From Vitrella brassicaformis CCMP3155 (taxonomy: Eukaryota > Protista > Chromerida), in contig CDMY01000201.1 of NCBI GenBank assembly GCA_001179505.1, positions 105,126 through 169,125 of the forward strand: 64,000 nt of DNA, given 5' to 3'. Of the stretch, positions 13,908 through 27,135 are shown piece after piece. The notes beneath the pieces are model-generated. The model did no database searches. It was not told the origin of the DNA and worked only from the letters and a program-made list of their open reading frames with translations. Each line of letters begins with the position of its first letter. Position 1 is the stretch's first letter. The position numbers and the translations under genes are program-made.

Positions 13908-15237
13908 CTACGCTTTCAGCCTGAAAGGCAACTCGAAGCCATCCGTCTCCCCGCTCCATCGTTGATCATCCCACCACCACCTCGTCTCCTTCACAGCTGT
14001 GTCGCTTTCGTCATCCCACCATCGGTCGACCGCCGCAGGCTGGTGTAGCGTCTCGTCCAATGGCTCGGCTGGCAGCTCTTCCAGCGACTCTTTGATGGCG
14101 GCATTCTCATCCAACAGCTGATCCAACTTTTGCACACACATGCACGGCAAAAAAATCAGCCAGCCAAGTATGGCACATTTGACCCGGCATCGTACCTTTT
14201 GTAAGCTCTCCAACTCCTTCCCTTGCAGCGACAGCTGCTCTTTCACCACCAGTAGCTGAACACATGTACGTGCGAGCATCGACTTGTATTATCTGATCTC
14301 TCTCGTTCTCGTTCTCCCTCCTCAGTCACTTTCACTGACCTCCTTGAGAGCAGCACTGTCCTCCAGGCCCCCACCGAAGGCCTGCGTGTCGACGGTGCTC
14401 TGGTGATGAAAGCTAAGTGAAGGCTTTGGCCGCTTTGCAACGGCTACAGCCTCGATTGTGTCGACCTGTAGCGCAGATCGGATAAATGCATGCAGAGAAC
14501 CAACAGGCAGAGAAAGAGTGCCGAGCCATTAGCTATCGCATACATGCAATGAATGCGCACTTGCCTTCAGATCGGGGGACTGTGTTGCTCCGTGGGAGGG
14601 CTCGTGCTGCAGCATCCCGGCTGTGGGCATCACAGCTGGACGCCGAACGAGGGGAAGGGAAAACATGAGACACGAATAAGCATCGATGCGTACCAGGAGA
14701 TGGACATCCGGGGGTGCGTGCTCGTGTCTCTTTACCTGTTACATGTTTGGCGTGAGCGGTCTCCCTCTCGCCATGGGGCTCGGGATGGTCTTCTTCAATC
14801 GTCTCAAAGCGCTGAATAAACACACATCCAAGCAACACCATGCAGCACAATCAGACGGCCTGCATCGGGCGGAAGCTCCTCATAGTCCTCACCTTTTCTT
14901 CCTTCCAGCGGTCATGGGTGAACTTGTGGTCTTGTGCATCTCCGCCGAATGTGCTGTGTTGCCACCAGGAGCGTCGTATCTCGGGCTCATGGTGGAGCGT
15001 CGTATCTCGCTCCTCGCCTTCATCGATATGTGTCTCCTCCATTACCTGTATGATTGCCTCGAGCCTCTGCACATCAGCCTTGGCCTCGCCCAGCTCTCTG
15101 GCCCGCTGCTTCATTGCCGTCGACCGACAGCAAAGAGTCCACAGCAGCGCCACTGAGACGACGAGAAACACGGCCGCTCCAGCCACAGGGATGATCCACG
15201 CCTCGAGTGGATGCTCCCAAAAGGTAAGAGAGCCCAT
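13908..15237 (-). CDS. Putative single-pass membrane protein with coiled-coil segments, unknown function
   Basis: ORF 14851-15237 has a TM (WIIPVAGAAVFLVVSVALLWTLCC) then a heptad-like RARELGEAKADVQRLEAIIQ. ORF 13908-14279 has KEQLSLQGKELESLQK|LDQLLDENAAIKESLE. Middle exons are uncertain. Confidence 0.5.
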
Positions 15238-15893
15238 GACAGCCGGCCGTCAGAGCCCCTGGCCTTCTGGATGGAGCAGCACCTCGGCAGGGAGCACCAA
15301 ACAAAGTGACCTGATGCGAGGCTGATGGATGAGTTCAGTCAAGACAGTCGAGCAACACGAAGGATGGAGGCTCCTGTGGACGAACATTTGCCGATTTTTT
15401 GCTTCTCTCCATTCTCCCCCCTCAGTTCGTTTCATGCGGAGCCCTATTCAACCGACAGAGGCTGATGCGTCTACTCAGAGCTGCCCTCCCTTTCATAAGC
15501 AGCCGGTGGTGACTGTGACATCGTTGCCATTCGCGCTCGAGGGTCGACGTCGTCAGCGTTTGGTTCATGCTTGACGCGGCTCTCCCGAGCGAAATAGACT
15601 ATGATCATAGCCTCCCTCACAACTCAGGTTGGCCACCGCACACACACAGGGTGGGGAGCCGACACATGCACCCGGGAAGGACAGTGGAGATCACGCACAA
15701 GACAAGACAGGAAGGCGTAGCTGGCGGGCAGCTGGGTGCGCGCGAAGAGGGGGAGTGGAGAGCAGACGGATGGCTCTTGAAGGCCGCCAGGGATGGGCGT
15801 GATGCATGCACTTTGCCGCCTGTGGTTGTTGGTGTCATGTAATGGTTCGGATGTCTCTGGTTGTGTGCTGTGTGTGCTGCGTTGTGTGTTCAG

Positions 15894-18709
15894 TGGCAAC
15901 GAACGGTACAGCAGGATTCGCGAGCACACCCGGCAGCGGCTACAAGAAGCGCAAGATGGAGGAGCCTCCCCCCGGCAGACTCGAGGAGGTGCGACGGCTG
16001 ATCTCACCTCTCTCAAAGGACCAACTCATCGACATACTCGCACGGGCCGCATCCGTCCACGACGATGTGTACAAGGAGGCCGAGGCTATCGTTTCAGAAA
16101 GCCCAGCCAGCAGGAGGCTCATGGTACGTATGGTCAGGTGGCACACCATATCAAACCATGCCACACACAACACAAGGTATTTCATACCTTCTTCTTCTTC
16201 TTCTTCTCCTTCTTCTCATTGTGTGTCTTTATTTGTTGTATGTCCGTCCCGTCCGTGTGTGTGTGTGTGTGTGTGTGTGTGATACATACCGTCAGATTCG
16301 CAATGTTGCGTTCAGCACGACGGACGAGTCGTTCAACAATCTGATCAAGACGTACGGCGAGGTGGACGATGCCGTGCTGGTGCGCGAGAGGGACGGCCGG
16401 TCCAAGGGCTTCGGCTTCGTCACCTACAAGGACCTCACATCAGTCAACCGCATCCTCAAGGACACCGTCCAGCTCGACGGACGGGAGCTGCTCATCAAAC
16501 TCGCCGCAGACCCATATGGATCCAACGCAAGTCGGTGGCGGCACACACGCCTGCACGTGCCTGTGTCTGTGTCTGTGTCTGTGTTGTGTGATGTGTTGTG
16601 TGGTGGTTGGTGCTATCTGCAGAGACTCCGAATGAGGGCAAGAAGAAGCTGTTCATTCGGAATCTGAGCGACAAGACGACCAAGGACTCGCTGGCCAACG
16701 CGTTCAGCCAGTTCGGCGACATAGAGGAAACCGTCATCGTACAAGACGTGCACGGAAAGTGAGTGAGCACACCACACACACAGATGACATCGGCCCTCCC
16801 ATTTCATGCCATTTGTGTGGACGCTGTGATTGATGTCTGGCCTGGCAGGTCGAAGGGTTATGGTTTTGTGGTGTACAGTCGCCCGGAGGACGCCATCCGG
16901 GCCGTGCAGCAACCACAGAGGATCGTAGATGGTCAGTCAGCACACTCACACACGAACCACTTACCACACCACACCACACCACACACAATCCTCAGCCCCA
17001 CACGGAGTGAGTGTACCCATCTTTCCTGTGTTGCGTGTGTGCGTTGGTGCATCCATCGATCAGGTCGTATGACGTTTGTGAGTTTCGCGGCGCTGGGCAA
17101 GAACGACCGTCACGTCCATGGTGGCGGCCCCGGCGCGCCCCACTTCGGCGGCGGCAGTCCAGGCGCCCCCCTCTCGTCAGGTGGATACTCACCCCTGCAC
17201 TACTACCCCTATGCACAGCACCGACACACAGCGGCCATGCAAGGCCACATGGCCGCCGCTGCCATGGCCTACCATCGCTACCCCACACACCCTCACACCA
17301 TGCACCCAAGGGCCACAGGGCCGCCCGGCTTCCCCTACCAGCCACATCAGCCGGGTGGGTACGGCTACCCGCAGTACCCCCACCCACACCAGTCGGGTGG
17401 CGACCACTCGCCATACGCCAAGGCCCACCCCCAGCCGCCCATCCACCACTCATCGGCCTACCGCACATACGGCGCATACCTCGCCCAGCCCATGCCGCCC
17501 CCGGAGCACATGCGTGGCCGATTCGGGGGCCTCGCCGCGCCGCAGTACGGCCAGACGGGCGCCAGCGCGTCGCCCGGCGGTCGGGGAGGGGGCGGGACGG
17601 GCCAGGCCGGGTCGCCTGACACGAGGCGGGGCGGGAGGAACGCTCCCGTGCCACCGCCAGGCCAGCCCACCGGGCCGGGATCGCCGTACGCGACGCAGCA
17701 CAACGGGACCCATTACAATGGACACACAGGTGCGCAAAGGGGCGGAGTGAGTGAGGGACACGGGATGGGAACCGGTAGATAGATAGGGTAGCCGTCGGTG
17801 GGTGCATAGAGATAGTGGCGTGCCGTATGACTCGTGCGTCCGATCGACCGTACGGCTGATGGATTGGATGTGGCCTGGCCGCGTTGTCTGTGTGTGTGGT
17901 TTGTCTGTGTGTCCGTCTGGTTTTGTGTGTTTGTTTGTGTGGTCTGGTTGTAGTGTGGGTGGCTGTGGCTGTGGCTGCATCGGCATGGGTGACGTGATGG
18001 CGTGGATGGCGTGGCTGGCGTATGGATGACCTGACCACACAACTTGACGGCAACTAGAAGAAGCAAGGGAGGGCGGGCTTGGGGGAGGGGACCGGCAATA
18101 CCTCCACACACCTCACCCCACCTCACCACATCCATCCATCCATCCATCCATCCACACACATGACATTCCATCAACCTGTATCGTGACACACGTGTATGCG
18201 ATGCTGATGTTGCCTGCCTGCCTACCTGCCTCTCCCCCCCCTCCCTCCCTGCGTCTCATCTTCTCTCCCCCCTCTGCCTGGTGTTTGTGTGTGCTGTCGG
18301 TAGGAGCGGCGATGGGCGTTGCGATGGGTGGCCACTCGCCCGGCATGAGCATGATGGGGCCTCTGCAGGGCATGGGCTACTACAACTCGAGCGGCGCGGC
18401 GGCCAACGGCACGGCGGGTCTGACGTCGCACCAGATGGCGGGCGGGGGGCAGATGGGCGCCCACCACACGCAGCACGGCGGCATGGCGGCCGCGCACTAC
18501 GGCCATGCAGGCCAGATGGGGCAGCAGGTGGGCAGCATGGGGCAGCAGGGCCAGGTCGGGCAGATGCCTGGACCACCACCACCCTACTACCAACAACAAC
18601 AGCAGGTACGCATCGCATCAAACACATGGTGAGGGAGAGAGAGGAGGTCCTTCTATGCCTTCCTTCGTGTGTGGTGTGTTTGTGTTAGGCAGCTGGGTAC
18701 CCAAGGTAG
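15894..18709 (+). CDS. Tandem-RRM RNA-binding protein (similar to plant UBP1-associated protein 2) with Gly/Pro/His/Tyr/Gln-rich tail; start codon uncertain
   Basis: LISPLSKDQLIDIL N-terminal helix. RRM1 has RNP1 RSKGFGFVTY; RRM2 has KKLFIRNLS and K|SKGYGFVVY. Low-complexity tail ends AAGYPR*. Confidence 0.88.
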
Positions 18710-21478
18710 CTCGATAGAGGCGGGGTTCGGGATGCCCGTCTGGGGATACATGAAGGGACAGGGAGAGAAAGGGCGTGCCTAATTAGCACACTGGCTCGTG
18801 AGTTAGTCACATACACACACACCACACAACACTGACACACGGACAGACGGACAGACAGACGGACGGACGGACGGACGGACAGACCGAGGGACAGTTGGGG
18901 GGATGATCCATACATATGGCAGGCAGGACACTATAGTGGCGGTGGTGTTTGGTGATTGATTCATCCAATGGATAGGTCGTATCTACGTGTGTTAGTGGGG
19001 GGCCGGGTGGCTGCGGTGCAGGGTGCGGGGTGCGGGGGGATGGGAAGCTGACGGCAGATAGGCAGGCAGGCAGGCAGGCAGGCAGCCAAGGAGGGGTGGA
19101 CAGGTAGACACGTGTGCGTCGCACCGTCTGTCTGTCCGTCCGTCCGCCCGTCCTTGCCGGCATGTCCTTGCTGCTGCTGATTCATGAATCAATCAATGAG
19201 CCTGACTCAACCTGACTCCCGCCTCACTCCCTGGCTCCTTTCCTCCCTGTCCCTCTCTCTCTCTCTCTCTCTTTCTCTCTTTCTCTCCTGGCGGCCTCAC
19301 TGACTGCTCTCTGCCTGTCTATCGAGTTTAATTATTTCTGTGCTGGCTGGTTTGGTGGGTGGGCGGAGGGGGGCGGGGAATGAAATGGGGCAGGGGATGG
19401 ATGGGAGTGGGGTGGGTGGGGCGGGTATACCCTAGTGACAGACACGAAGAGTCGATGGATGAGTGGTGACGGAATCATGTTTCGGGCTACTTACCTGTCC
19501 AGCTATTTCTATCTATAAGTCTGTCTGTTGGCTACCGTCTTTGTTTGTATCCATCCATCCATCCATGCGTCAACGTGATCGAATGAATGCCTCCTAGCTG
19601 CCTGGCTGCCTGGCTGCTTGTTTGTATGTCTGTCTGTCTGTCTGACTGACGAATATATATGGCCAAAGTGAGAGAGAGAGAAAGCAAAGCAAGCAAAGAA
19701 GGAAGCGAGAAGCGGTGCAATCAGATCAGTGGCAATGAGGTGACCCCTAGTTCGTATGTATGCCTGCCTGCCTGCCTGCCCACATTTCTTATGTATCCTC
19801 GTCCGTCCGTCCGCCTGTCAGTCTGTCCGTCTGTCTGCCCTTCTGCCTGGCTAGCCTCTCCCCTTCCGTCCGATCTATATGTCAAGTGTCGTTCGTTGTG
19901 TGAAGGCGTGGACAGACCGAACGAGGAAAGTGTAGTCGATTGAGATGCCAACAATTCATTCCACTGGCTGGCTGGCTGGCTGGCTGGCTCGGTCGGTCGG
20001 TCGGTCGGTGGGCGGGTGGGTCGGTGGGTTTTCGTGAGTGGGTGCGTGATTGATGGTTCATCGTTGAAAGCGCCAGCCGGCCACCGGCTGGCCAACCGAT
20101 GGGACGTCACGCATCTATCTACCTAACTGTCTGTCTATCTGCTTGTTTGGTGTCATCTGCCCGCCTGCCTGCCTGCCTGCCTCTCTGTTCATGTGTGTGT
20201 GTTCGTGTCTGTGTATGTGTATGTGAATGTGTATGTGTGTGTGTGGATGATTCTGATTGAGAGTCATGCATGTGCGTGAGTGACGTGCTTGTTGCTACTA
20301 TATAATGAAACCAATCGATGGATGGATGATCGTAGTGCCCATTCCACCCCGCCCCCACCCCGCCACCCCATCCCTTGCTATCTATCTGCATGTGAGTTCA
20401 CCGTATTTATGACACGGAGAGAGAGAGAGACAACAAGAGAGAGAGAGAGACAGGTACACACTCTGGCTGGCTGGTTTAATCGTTGGTCTCTTGATGGAGG
20501 CGCTTGCTGGTGGTGCTGATGTGATGGTGGATGGATGGTGCTCGTATACATCGTCCATTGGGGGGCTTAGCTTAGCGTCTATGCTGCTTCCTTCCTGGCC
20601 CTTCTACGCAGGTCAGGTGGGTCCCTCCCTCCCTCCCTCTCCTCTCTCTCTTTTCCCCTCTTGTTTGTGTAGCGGTTGGTATGTATTATCTGCCGGCCGG
20701 CACAGTTTTGCCCCCCTCTCTCTCTTTCTCGCGTACCTTCCTCTGCCTCCTGACTGCCTGCCTGCCTGCTGGCGCACCCATGCATCCAGCTGCCGCCCGA
20801 CCCCACACACATGCCATGGCATGCGTGTGTGATGGCGGGTGGCCCGACCGACAGCACACAAACACATGTTATCTATGGTTCGATCGATCTCTCACCCACG
20901 CGTGACGTACACACACGATGTGAATAAACACCAAGTAGAGTGATGGCGGATATGATGGATGGCCAATGATTGCAATCAATGAAGGGTGCATGCATGCATG
21001 CCATGACTGACGGTGGTGTGGTCGGATCGGATGGATGGATGGCTGGATGCGATGCGATGCGATGCGATGCATGGTTGATGGTATGGTATGGTCGGTTGAC
21101 TAGTTTGGTAGACAGTAGGAGCTTCTCATTCAATGCCGCTACTCTGTATACGACGTGCACTACCCGCTTTCGCAGAAAGTAAGAAACAAAAGCCTTTTCC
21201 TTCCCGTACCACTGATAAACTGATCGATGCGTCTCGTCCACTCAGTCACTCACAAGCACCGCTACCAAATGTCTCCCCCCTTAGCTAACGAATCTACTTA
21301 GCCTAGCCTACAGTAGGTGTGAATCTGTCTACACACGCACACCCCGACAGACAGACACCTCAGGTCGGTGTCTTGCTACCGCTGACTCTGCCGGCTCCCT
21401 CCAGCCCCATTCTCTTGGCCTGGCTCCTCTCGCTCTTGCTGGCCTTCTTCCTCTCGTACGTTATCGTCACGCCATGCT

Positions 21479-22480
21479 TCAGCTGTGTCTCCTGCTGCTC
21501 CTGCTGCTGATGAAGCTCCTGGACCCTCTTGCCCCCCCACTGCTCTCCGCCATTGACGAGCTCTCCGAAACGGCAAATGACGCGCCCGGCAGCTGCAGCA
21601 GACGGCTGGTTGCGCGTGTGTATGGCGGCCGGATGGAGGCTGGGATGCCCACTGGTGGGACGATGAGCTTTCTGTCTCCCGGTGTGCTGTCAGATGTCTT
21701 CCTCGTGTATGGGGCGTCTTCCCTCTGCTGCTGCTGCTGCTGTCTCCCGCCAGGCGAGCCCTCGTGACCACAGTGGGGGCAGCTGATGGAGCCAGACTTC
21801 TCCAGCAATTGCTCTGCAGTGGCGGTCACAAGCTGATTGCACCCCCTGCACACCGCCTGGATGCTCGAGTTCCTGCCAGATGTGGAAATGTCCGCCAAGA
21901 AAACCTCATATGCGAGATGTCTCCTGTTCTGCCGACAGGCGTCACAGAACTCTCGAAAATCGTCGTCACGCCCCGCCCACGCGTCGACGATGGCGTCTTT
22001 CCTCGCCCAGCAATCGGTGCAGATGATCTCGAGCCTCTTACCCACCTGAGCGGGGCCCCTGTAGCCGCAGTCGGTGCAGTAGACATTCGCGACACGATAC
22101 CTGCTTTACCCACCCAACATCACATACACCCGCACCCACACATGTGCAGTGGTGTGATGGATCGGAAAACTCATCAGACTGACTCTCACGCCCAGAATGA
22201 ATGAATGATTGAATGATACCTGCTAAGAGGGACAGGCTTCGCGGGCAGACGGGCGCGCTGGAAGGTCCGGCAGTCTGGGCACTGCAGAGCGATAAAATAG
22301 ATACGGGGGATACGGGGGCTTAATACAGACAGCTCACTTGGAAGTCGATATCGATGAACCCGACTGCCAGAACAGACGTCTTGCAGGCGCCACAAATGAC
22401 GCTCGGCCGCTGTGAGATGAAGCTCTCCCCCTCGAAGAAGTACTGCAAACTTCGTTTCGCACCACAGCTCGGGCAAACGA
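21479..22480 (-). CDS. Cys-rich protein with eight CxxC motifs (about four zinc ribbons); both ends uncertain
   Basis: Spliced reading gives CPSC, CGAC, |CPDC, |CTDC, CTDC, CDAC, CRGC, CPHC in one frame across two short introns. Confidence 0.62.
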
Positions 22481-23494
22481 ATTGAATTGCAGACACCATT
22501 GGTGGTGCGCTCTTCCTCCCTTACTCCCTCATCTGTCCCTTCTCACTTGGAAGAGTTTGTACGTCTTTTCGGCATCGATGACTGCATTTCTGGGCCTCAA
22601 GCAACTGCTGAAGAGGGCGCGGCAGGCGTGCTGACACATCGCAGTCTCATGCGCCGTCTCAGCCCCCAAAGCCAGGGGGGCCCAAAGTCTAGACTTCCCA
22701 AAAAGTTAACCAAGTCTGTCTGTGCTTTCAGTAGGTCTGTCTGTGCTGTCGAACGTGCATGGCCTTAGGCTACATAAAGCAATGCTTGAATCAACGCATT
22801 ATGGACTTCATAATCGGTCCACCACCGATTGCGTCCATCAGAGCACACTTGCATATATATTTCTCAAGTGACACGTGCACTCTTGACATGGGTGTGTCCA
22901 CTTGCCAGTGTCCCCCTTGCTGCAGTGCCTTCATGACCGAATCGACGCTTCTCGTGGCATCGACCAGGTCATTAAGCAGCAGCAACAACGTGAGACACAG
23001 ACAGCGTGAGACACAGACACCTGAAGGGCAGAAGGTGAGTGTCAGGTGTCGGTCGACACACGATCTGAGCAAGTCTCTCGAGTATATATATACACCAACA
23101 TGGCAACCGTAGATGCGTCCATGGCTTTTAAAACATCCTTACACGTACGTCGTCGAAAAACGAGGCCCATCGCTGGCTGAGGCTGAGTGCAAGAGGAAGG
23201 AAGGAAAATGAGCCATGCAGCCCCACTCACTCACTGGCAGGCTATCGCATCACATCGCATCACATCACATCACATCACATCATGTCGATCACATCGAGAA
23301 CGCCCCTCTAGTCAGTCAGTGAGTGCGTGAGCATATGTACAAGATGCGTTTCGCACGGTGTCATCAGAAAGGGGCCCGCCGCTCTCCCCCTTACAATCCT
23401 CTCCTACCCCCCAGCCCCTAACCACTTGCCTGACCTACGCACCAGGTCTCGCTACACACACCACACCACCCCATCCCACCCATTGCCTGTCTGC

Positions 23495-25258
23495 CTACAC
23501 CAGCGACACAGCCCCCTCCACACTGCCATTTCTCGTCGGTACCCCGCTGCTGATCGTGCTCGTACTGGCGGGCACGGCCTTGTGTGGCCGCGCCCCGTTG
23601 ACCGCTGCCCCGCCCATCTTGCCCTCCCCCATAAATGCATCCAGATCCGCCATGGCTCGGTCGGGGTCGAAGTCGTCCCCCGCCGCTCCGTTGATGGCGG
23701 CCCCGTCCAGCTGTGATGTGCTGAAGAAGTCGTCGTCGATGCCGTTCTCCAGCTCGTGGTCGTCCTCATCGTGGATGGCGAACAGCTGGGGGCCGCCTGC
23801 TCCTACTGCTGATGACGTGTGGGTGTGGGTGTGGGTGTCGGTGTGGTTGGTGCTGGCGGTGGTGGTGGTGCCGTTGGCCAGCTGGTGGTTGAGTGACGTG
23901 TAGAAGGGAGGGGGCGGGGGTGGGGGCTGGTGCAGCAGGGGGATCGGTGGCGAGAGGTCAGCACGCGCTGACGGCTCTATCTCCTCCTCGGTGCCGTCGA
24001 TGAAGTCGGCCAGGTTGTTGGCTTCGGCAGCCATGGGCACGACCTCTATGTTGTGCGAGTGCGGGTCGCCCCCATACATGTAGGTGTGGGTGTCATGGTG
24101 GGGGTAGAAGGGGTTGGGGGGAGGGGGCTGCTGCGGCTGCGGCTGCTCGTGCGCCTTGGCGCCTATCACACCCTCACCTGAATGATACACACACACAGAT
24201 AGATACACATCTTAGAAACCTGCCATTGCCTTGCTCTGCTGCCGTCCGTTGTGTGTCCTCACTCACCAATATCGTCAAGCTCCTCATCAAACTCGTCGAG
24301 GAAGCCCCTCCTCGCCCCCCTGCTATCGGGCCCCATTCCCAGACCCCCCGTCACGTGCACACTACTGCTACGACTCGATGACGCCGATACGGCGTTGCCC
24401 GGCGGGTACGTCAGCACACCAGACGAGCTGCTCGCCGGATGGTCTTGCGGGGCCGGGGCGGTCTCGGGCACTGGTGGGGTGTCGATGCGCACATGGAGGG
24501 CGTCTGCCCTTGTGTGGGCGTGGCTGTGCGTGTGGGTAGTATGGGTGCCCTCCTCGACGCCCTTCCAGTCGTCGTCTGTGTGGGGTGGTTGTGTCTGGGC
24601 GGGCTGTGGGCTCTGCTGCTGTGCGGATGTGGTGGGCTTGAGCTCTGTCTTGTGCTGGGAGGGCTTGGGTGGCCGGTTGGACGAGCGGCCGTGACGAGAC
24701 TTGGACTGAACACAAAACAACAGAGAGAGTCAAGGGAGCGCGAGCCGACAGATCTGTGTGTTTTGTTCCCTCCCTCCCTCCCTCCCTCTCTCCTTACGTG
24801 TGTCGGGCTGTCCGAGTCGCCTCGCTTGCCACCACCCTGGCGCCGCTGGCTCATGTACGCCAATATCTCATCCTGACACACACCACACCACCACACGAAT
24901 CGACACGTCGTCAGCACGCACACGAGATCTGGTCTGTCCCTCCGTGACCCGTTCGTTCACTGACCTGCGACAGCGCCTTGGGCTCCTCCTCTCCCTCCGA
25001 GTCCATGACCACCCCCATGGCGCCCTCCCTACTCGACGACGACCCAGCAGATCCTCCCGCGCGCATCTGCATCGGTCCGACATGCGCCGCATCGTCGGTG
25101 TGGGTGAGGAGGCCGTCGATCTCGAAGTCTTCGTGCTTGTCGGTGTAGGGGTTGCTCTTCTGCCCGGTGAGTGCGCCGCATGCGCCTCGCCGCCGTCCGG
25201 ACATGCCATACACGCAGTTGCACAGGCCCTTCAGGCGATGGTACAGGTACAGAAACAT
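23495..25258 (-). CDS. Low-complexity, probably disordered protein of unknown function
   Basis: Three long codon-like ORFs (24911-25282, 24259-24720, 23495-24208) plus a small exon (DEILAYMSQRR) are linked by plausible GT-AG introns. No domain recognised. Confidence 0.55.
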
Positions 25259-25789
25259 GATGAGGGATGGAGTCGTGCTCAACGAAGACGCCGAAACAGA
25301 CGCGAATCAGTGGGTTCAAGTTCACTGCGAGCTTCGAGAATGTGTTTTGTCGGCGCGTGCTCTAGACCGTCTTCATTGCATTCTCTGATGGTTGCATCGC
25401 CGTCACAGCCGATCCGCCCTCCATGAAAGTCATTGCCGACTCGTTTGCTGGTGAGTCAGCAGTGACATCCATGCACGCCGGCCTAGCTGTGGCAACGACA
25501 TAGATCCCCCTGCGTCAGTGTTGGTGTGTGCCTGCGTCGGTCACGTCCCGCCCTGTGAACGCACTCTGGAAGCGAGAGGCGTCTCGCTCCTGGAGTCCCT
25601 GTACATCTGCGGCGGCACCGACTCGGACAAAGACCAACATGGGCAGCGCAAGACAAGCAGCAGAGAGAAAGATGCGCAATGCCAACGGAAAAACCATCGC
25701 TCAGCAGTCACATCGCCATCAATCAACACCGACGAAGACCCCCCTCTCCCCCTTTCCCCACCCCCACCATCCGTCGCACTTGTCATCCG

Positions 25790-25954
25790 TCATCCCTGGC
25801 TGAAGGGCTGCATGAATGCGGCGGGGTTGACGGGCGCGTTGGGGAACTGACTGGTCGGCATGGTGGGGAACTGGGAAGGCGGGATGCTCGCGAACTGCTG
25901 CATGGGGGCGCGAGGCGCCATACGCTGCATCAGCGACTTGTTCTCCTACACACA

Positions 25955-25985
<31 letters not shown>

Positions 25986-26934
25986 CCACGCGGTCTCTGG
26001 GCTGAGAGGGTCAGTTTCCGTGATATGTGTGGTCGGTTGGCTCACCATGTCGAGTTGTCTGATGAGTTTCTTGCGCTCGTCGACGCGCCTCGCGGCAGTC
26101 GCCTCTGCTATCTTCGATGCCATCAACGCCTGAACCACACACCACACACACACACACACACAAACCTCACGTCACTATCCGTGTCGGTGTCTGTCTGTTC
26201 GCCCCTCCCTGTCACTCCGCACCTTCTCCACAGGTCCCTCGTCTTTGCATCGGTCGATGACTGTGGCGAGGTCAGCCTCCAGCTTCTGCCGACGACGCTT
26301 ACGGTCACGCAACGCCTCACCCTCGGCAGCCGCTGCATGCATGGGCATGGATGGATGGGGTGGATCCACAGAACACGCAGACAATATGCCATGCCATCAA
26401 ATACGTCCCTGTTACATGCATGTGTGTGTGGGTGGGTGTTTCCTGCAGGGCACCTCCCTCACCGGCAGCCTCTGGGTCGACGCCTTTGTAGTGCAGCGGC
26501 TGGTCGGTGTAGTAGACGTGGTAGGGCACGAGGCCCTCCAGCACGTCGCGCACCGTCTTGAACGGCTCCAGCGCCTTCCTGTGATCCCCTATCACAACCT
26601 GACGGTCGTGCGCCTCATGCCGCCGCAACCTGATGATGAGCACACAAACACACGCACACGCACACGTGCACACCCATACCCATCTCTGCCTGCCTGTGTG
26701 GTGCTGAAAGGCCGCTCACCGCTGTCTCTTCTTGGCCTGGTTGATCTCGAATTCCTCGAGGAGCTTCAGAGGCTGAGAGAAGCGCTTGAGAGCTGGATCA
26801 AGGCCCTTGCGGGCGGCGCCATAGTGCGCCAGGGGTCGGAGAGGGGGTTGTTTGTGCTGGCCGTGCTGTCTGGATGCCCCTCGGCCATCGACCGGCGCTG
26901 TCATGGCGTGTGCGGCTGACTGGGACGCACTCAT
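25790..26934 (-). CDS. GLTSCR1/BICRA-domain protein (possible chromatin-remodelling ncBAF-type subunit)
   Basis: DHRKALEPFKTVRDVLEGLVPYHVY matches the GLTSCR1 domain motif PFxSxxDAxxRLLPYHV, followed by helical exons and a Pro/Gln-rich tail. Confidence 0.68.
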
Positions 26935-27135
26935 GTGCTGCAAGGGACGCTCTGATGGCTGTGACATTGGGTTTGGCAGCGCTAAGTAGCCCTAGGGGCT
27001 AGTCCGTGAAACTATGGTCAAAGGCGAGCTGAAAGCCGGACCAATTCCGACTTCCACTAACCAGTCAGTGACACCTCGACCACAACAGCCTTTGCAAGAA
27101 AGGCCGCGACAGTTCGTCTGCGCCAGAGCTTCGCC

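Noticed and set aside
19200-21300. Repeat-dense region considered as a CRISPR-like array or ncRNA locus
   Set aside because: Only simple 2-5-nt repeats. There is no constant repeat with unique spacers, no cas genes and no recognisable RNA structure.
22791-23130. Possible small gene (MDASTVAML / LNDLVDATRSVDSVMKALQQGGHWQ)
   Set aside because: I could not build a consistent exon chain. It may be upstream exons of the zinc-ribbon gene, but support is too weak to call.
26400-26680. Initial impression of a Prp18-like splicing factor
   Set aside because: The PF..V.D.L..LVPYHVY motif fits GLTSCR1 better, and no Prp18 motifs were found.
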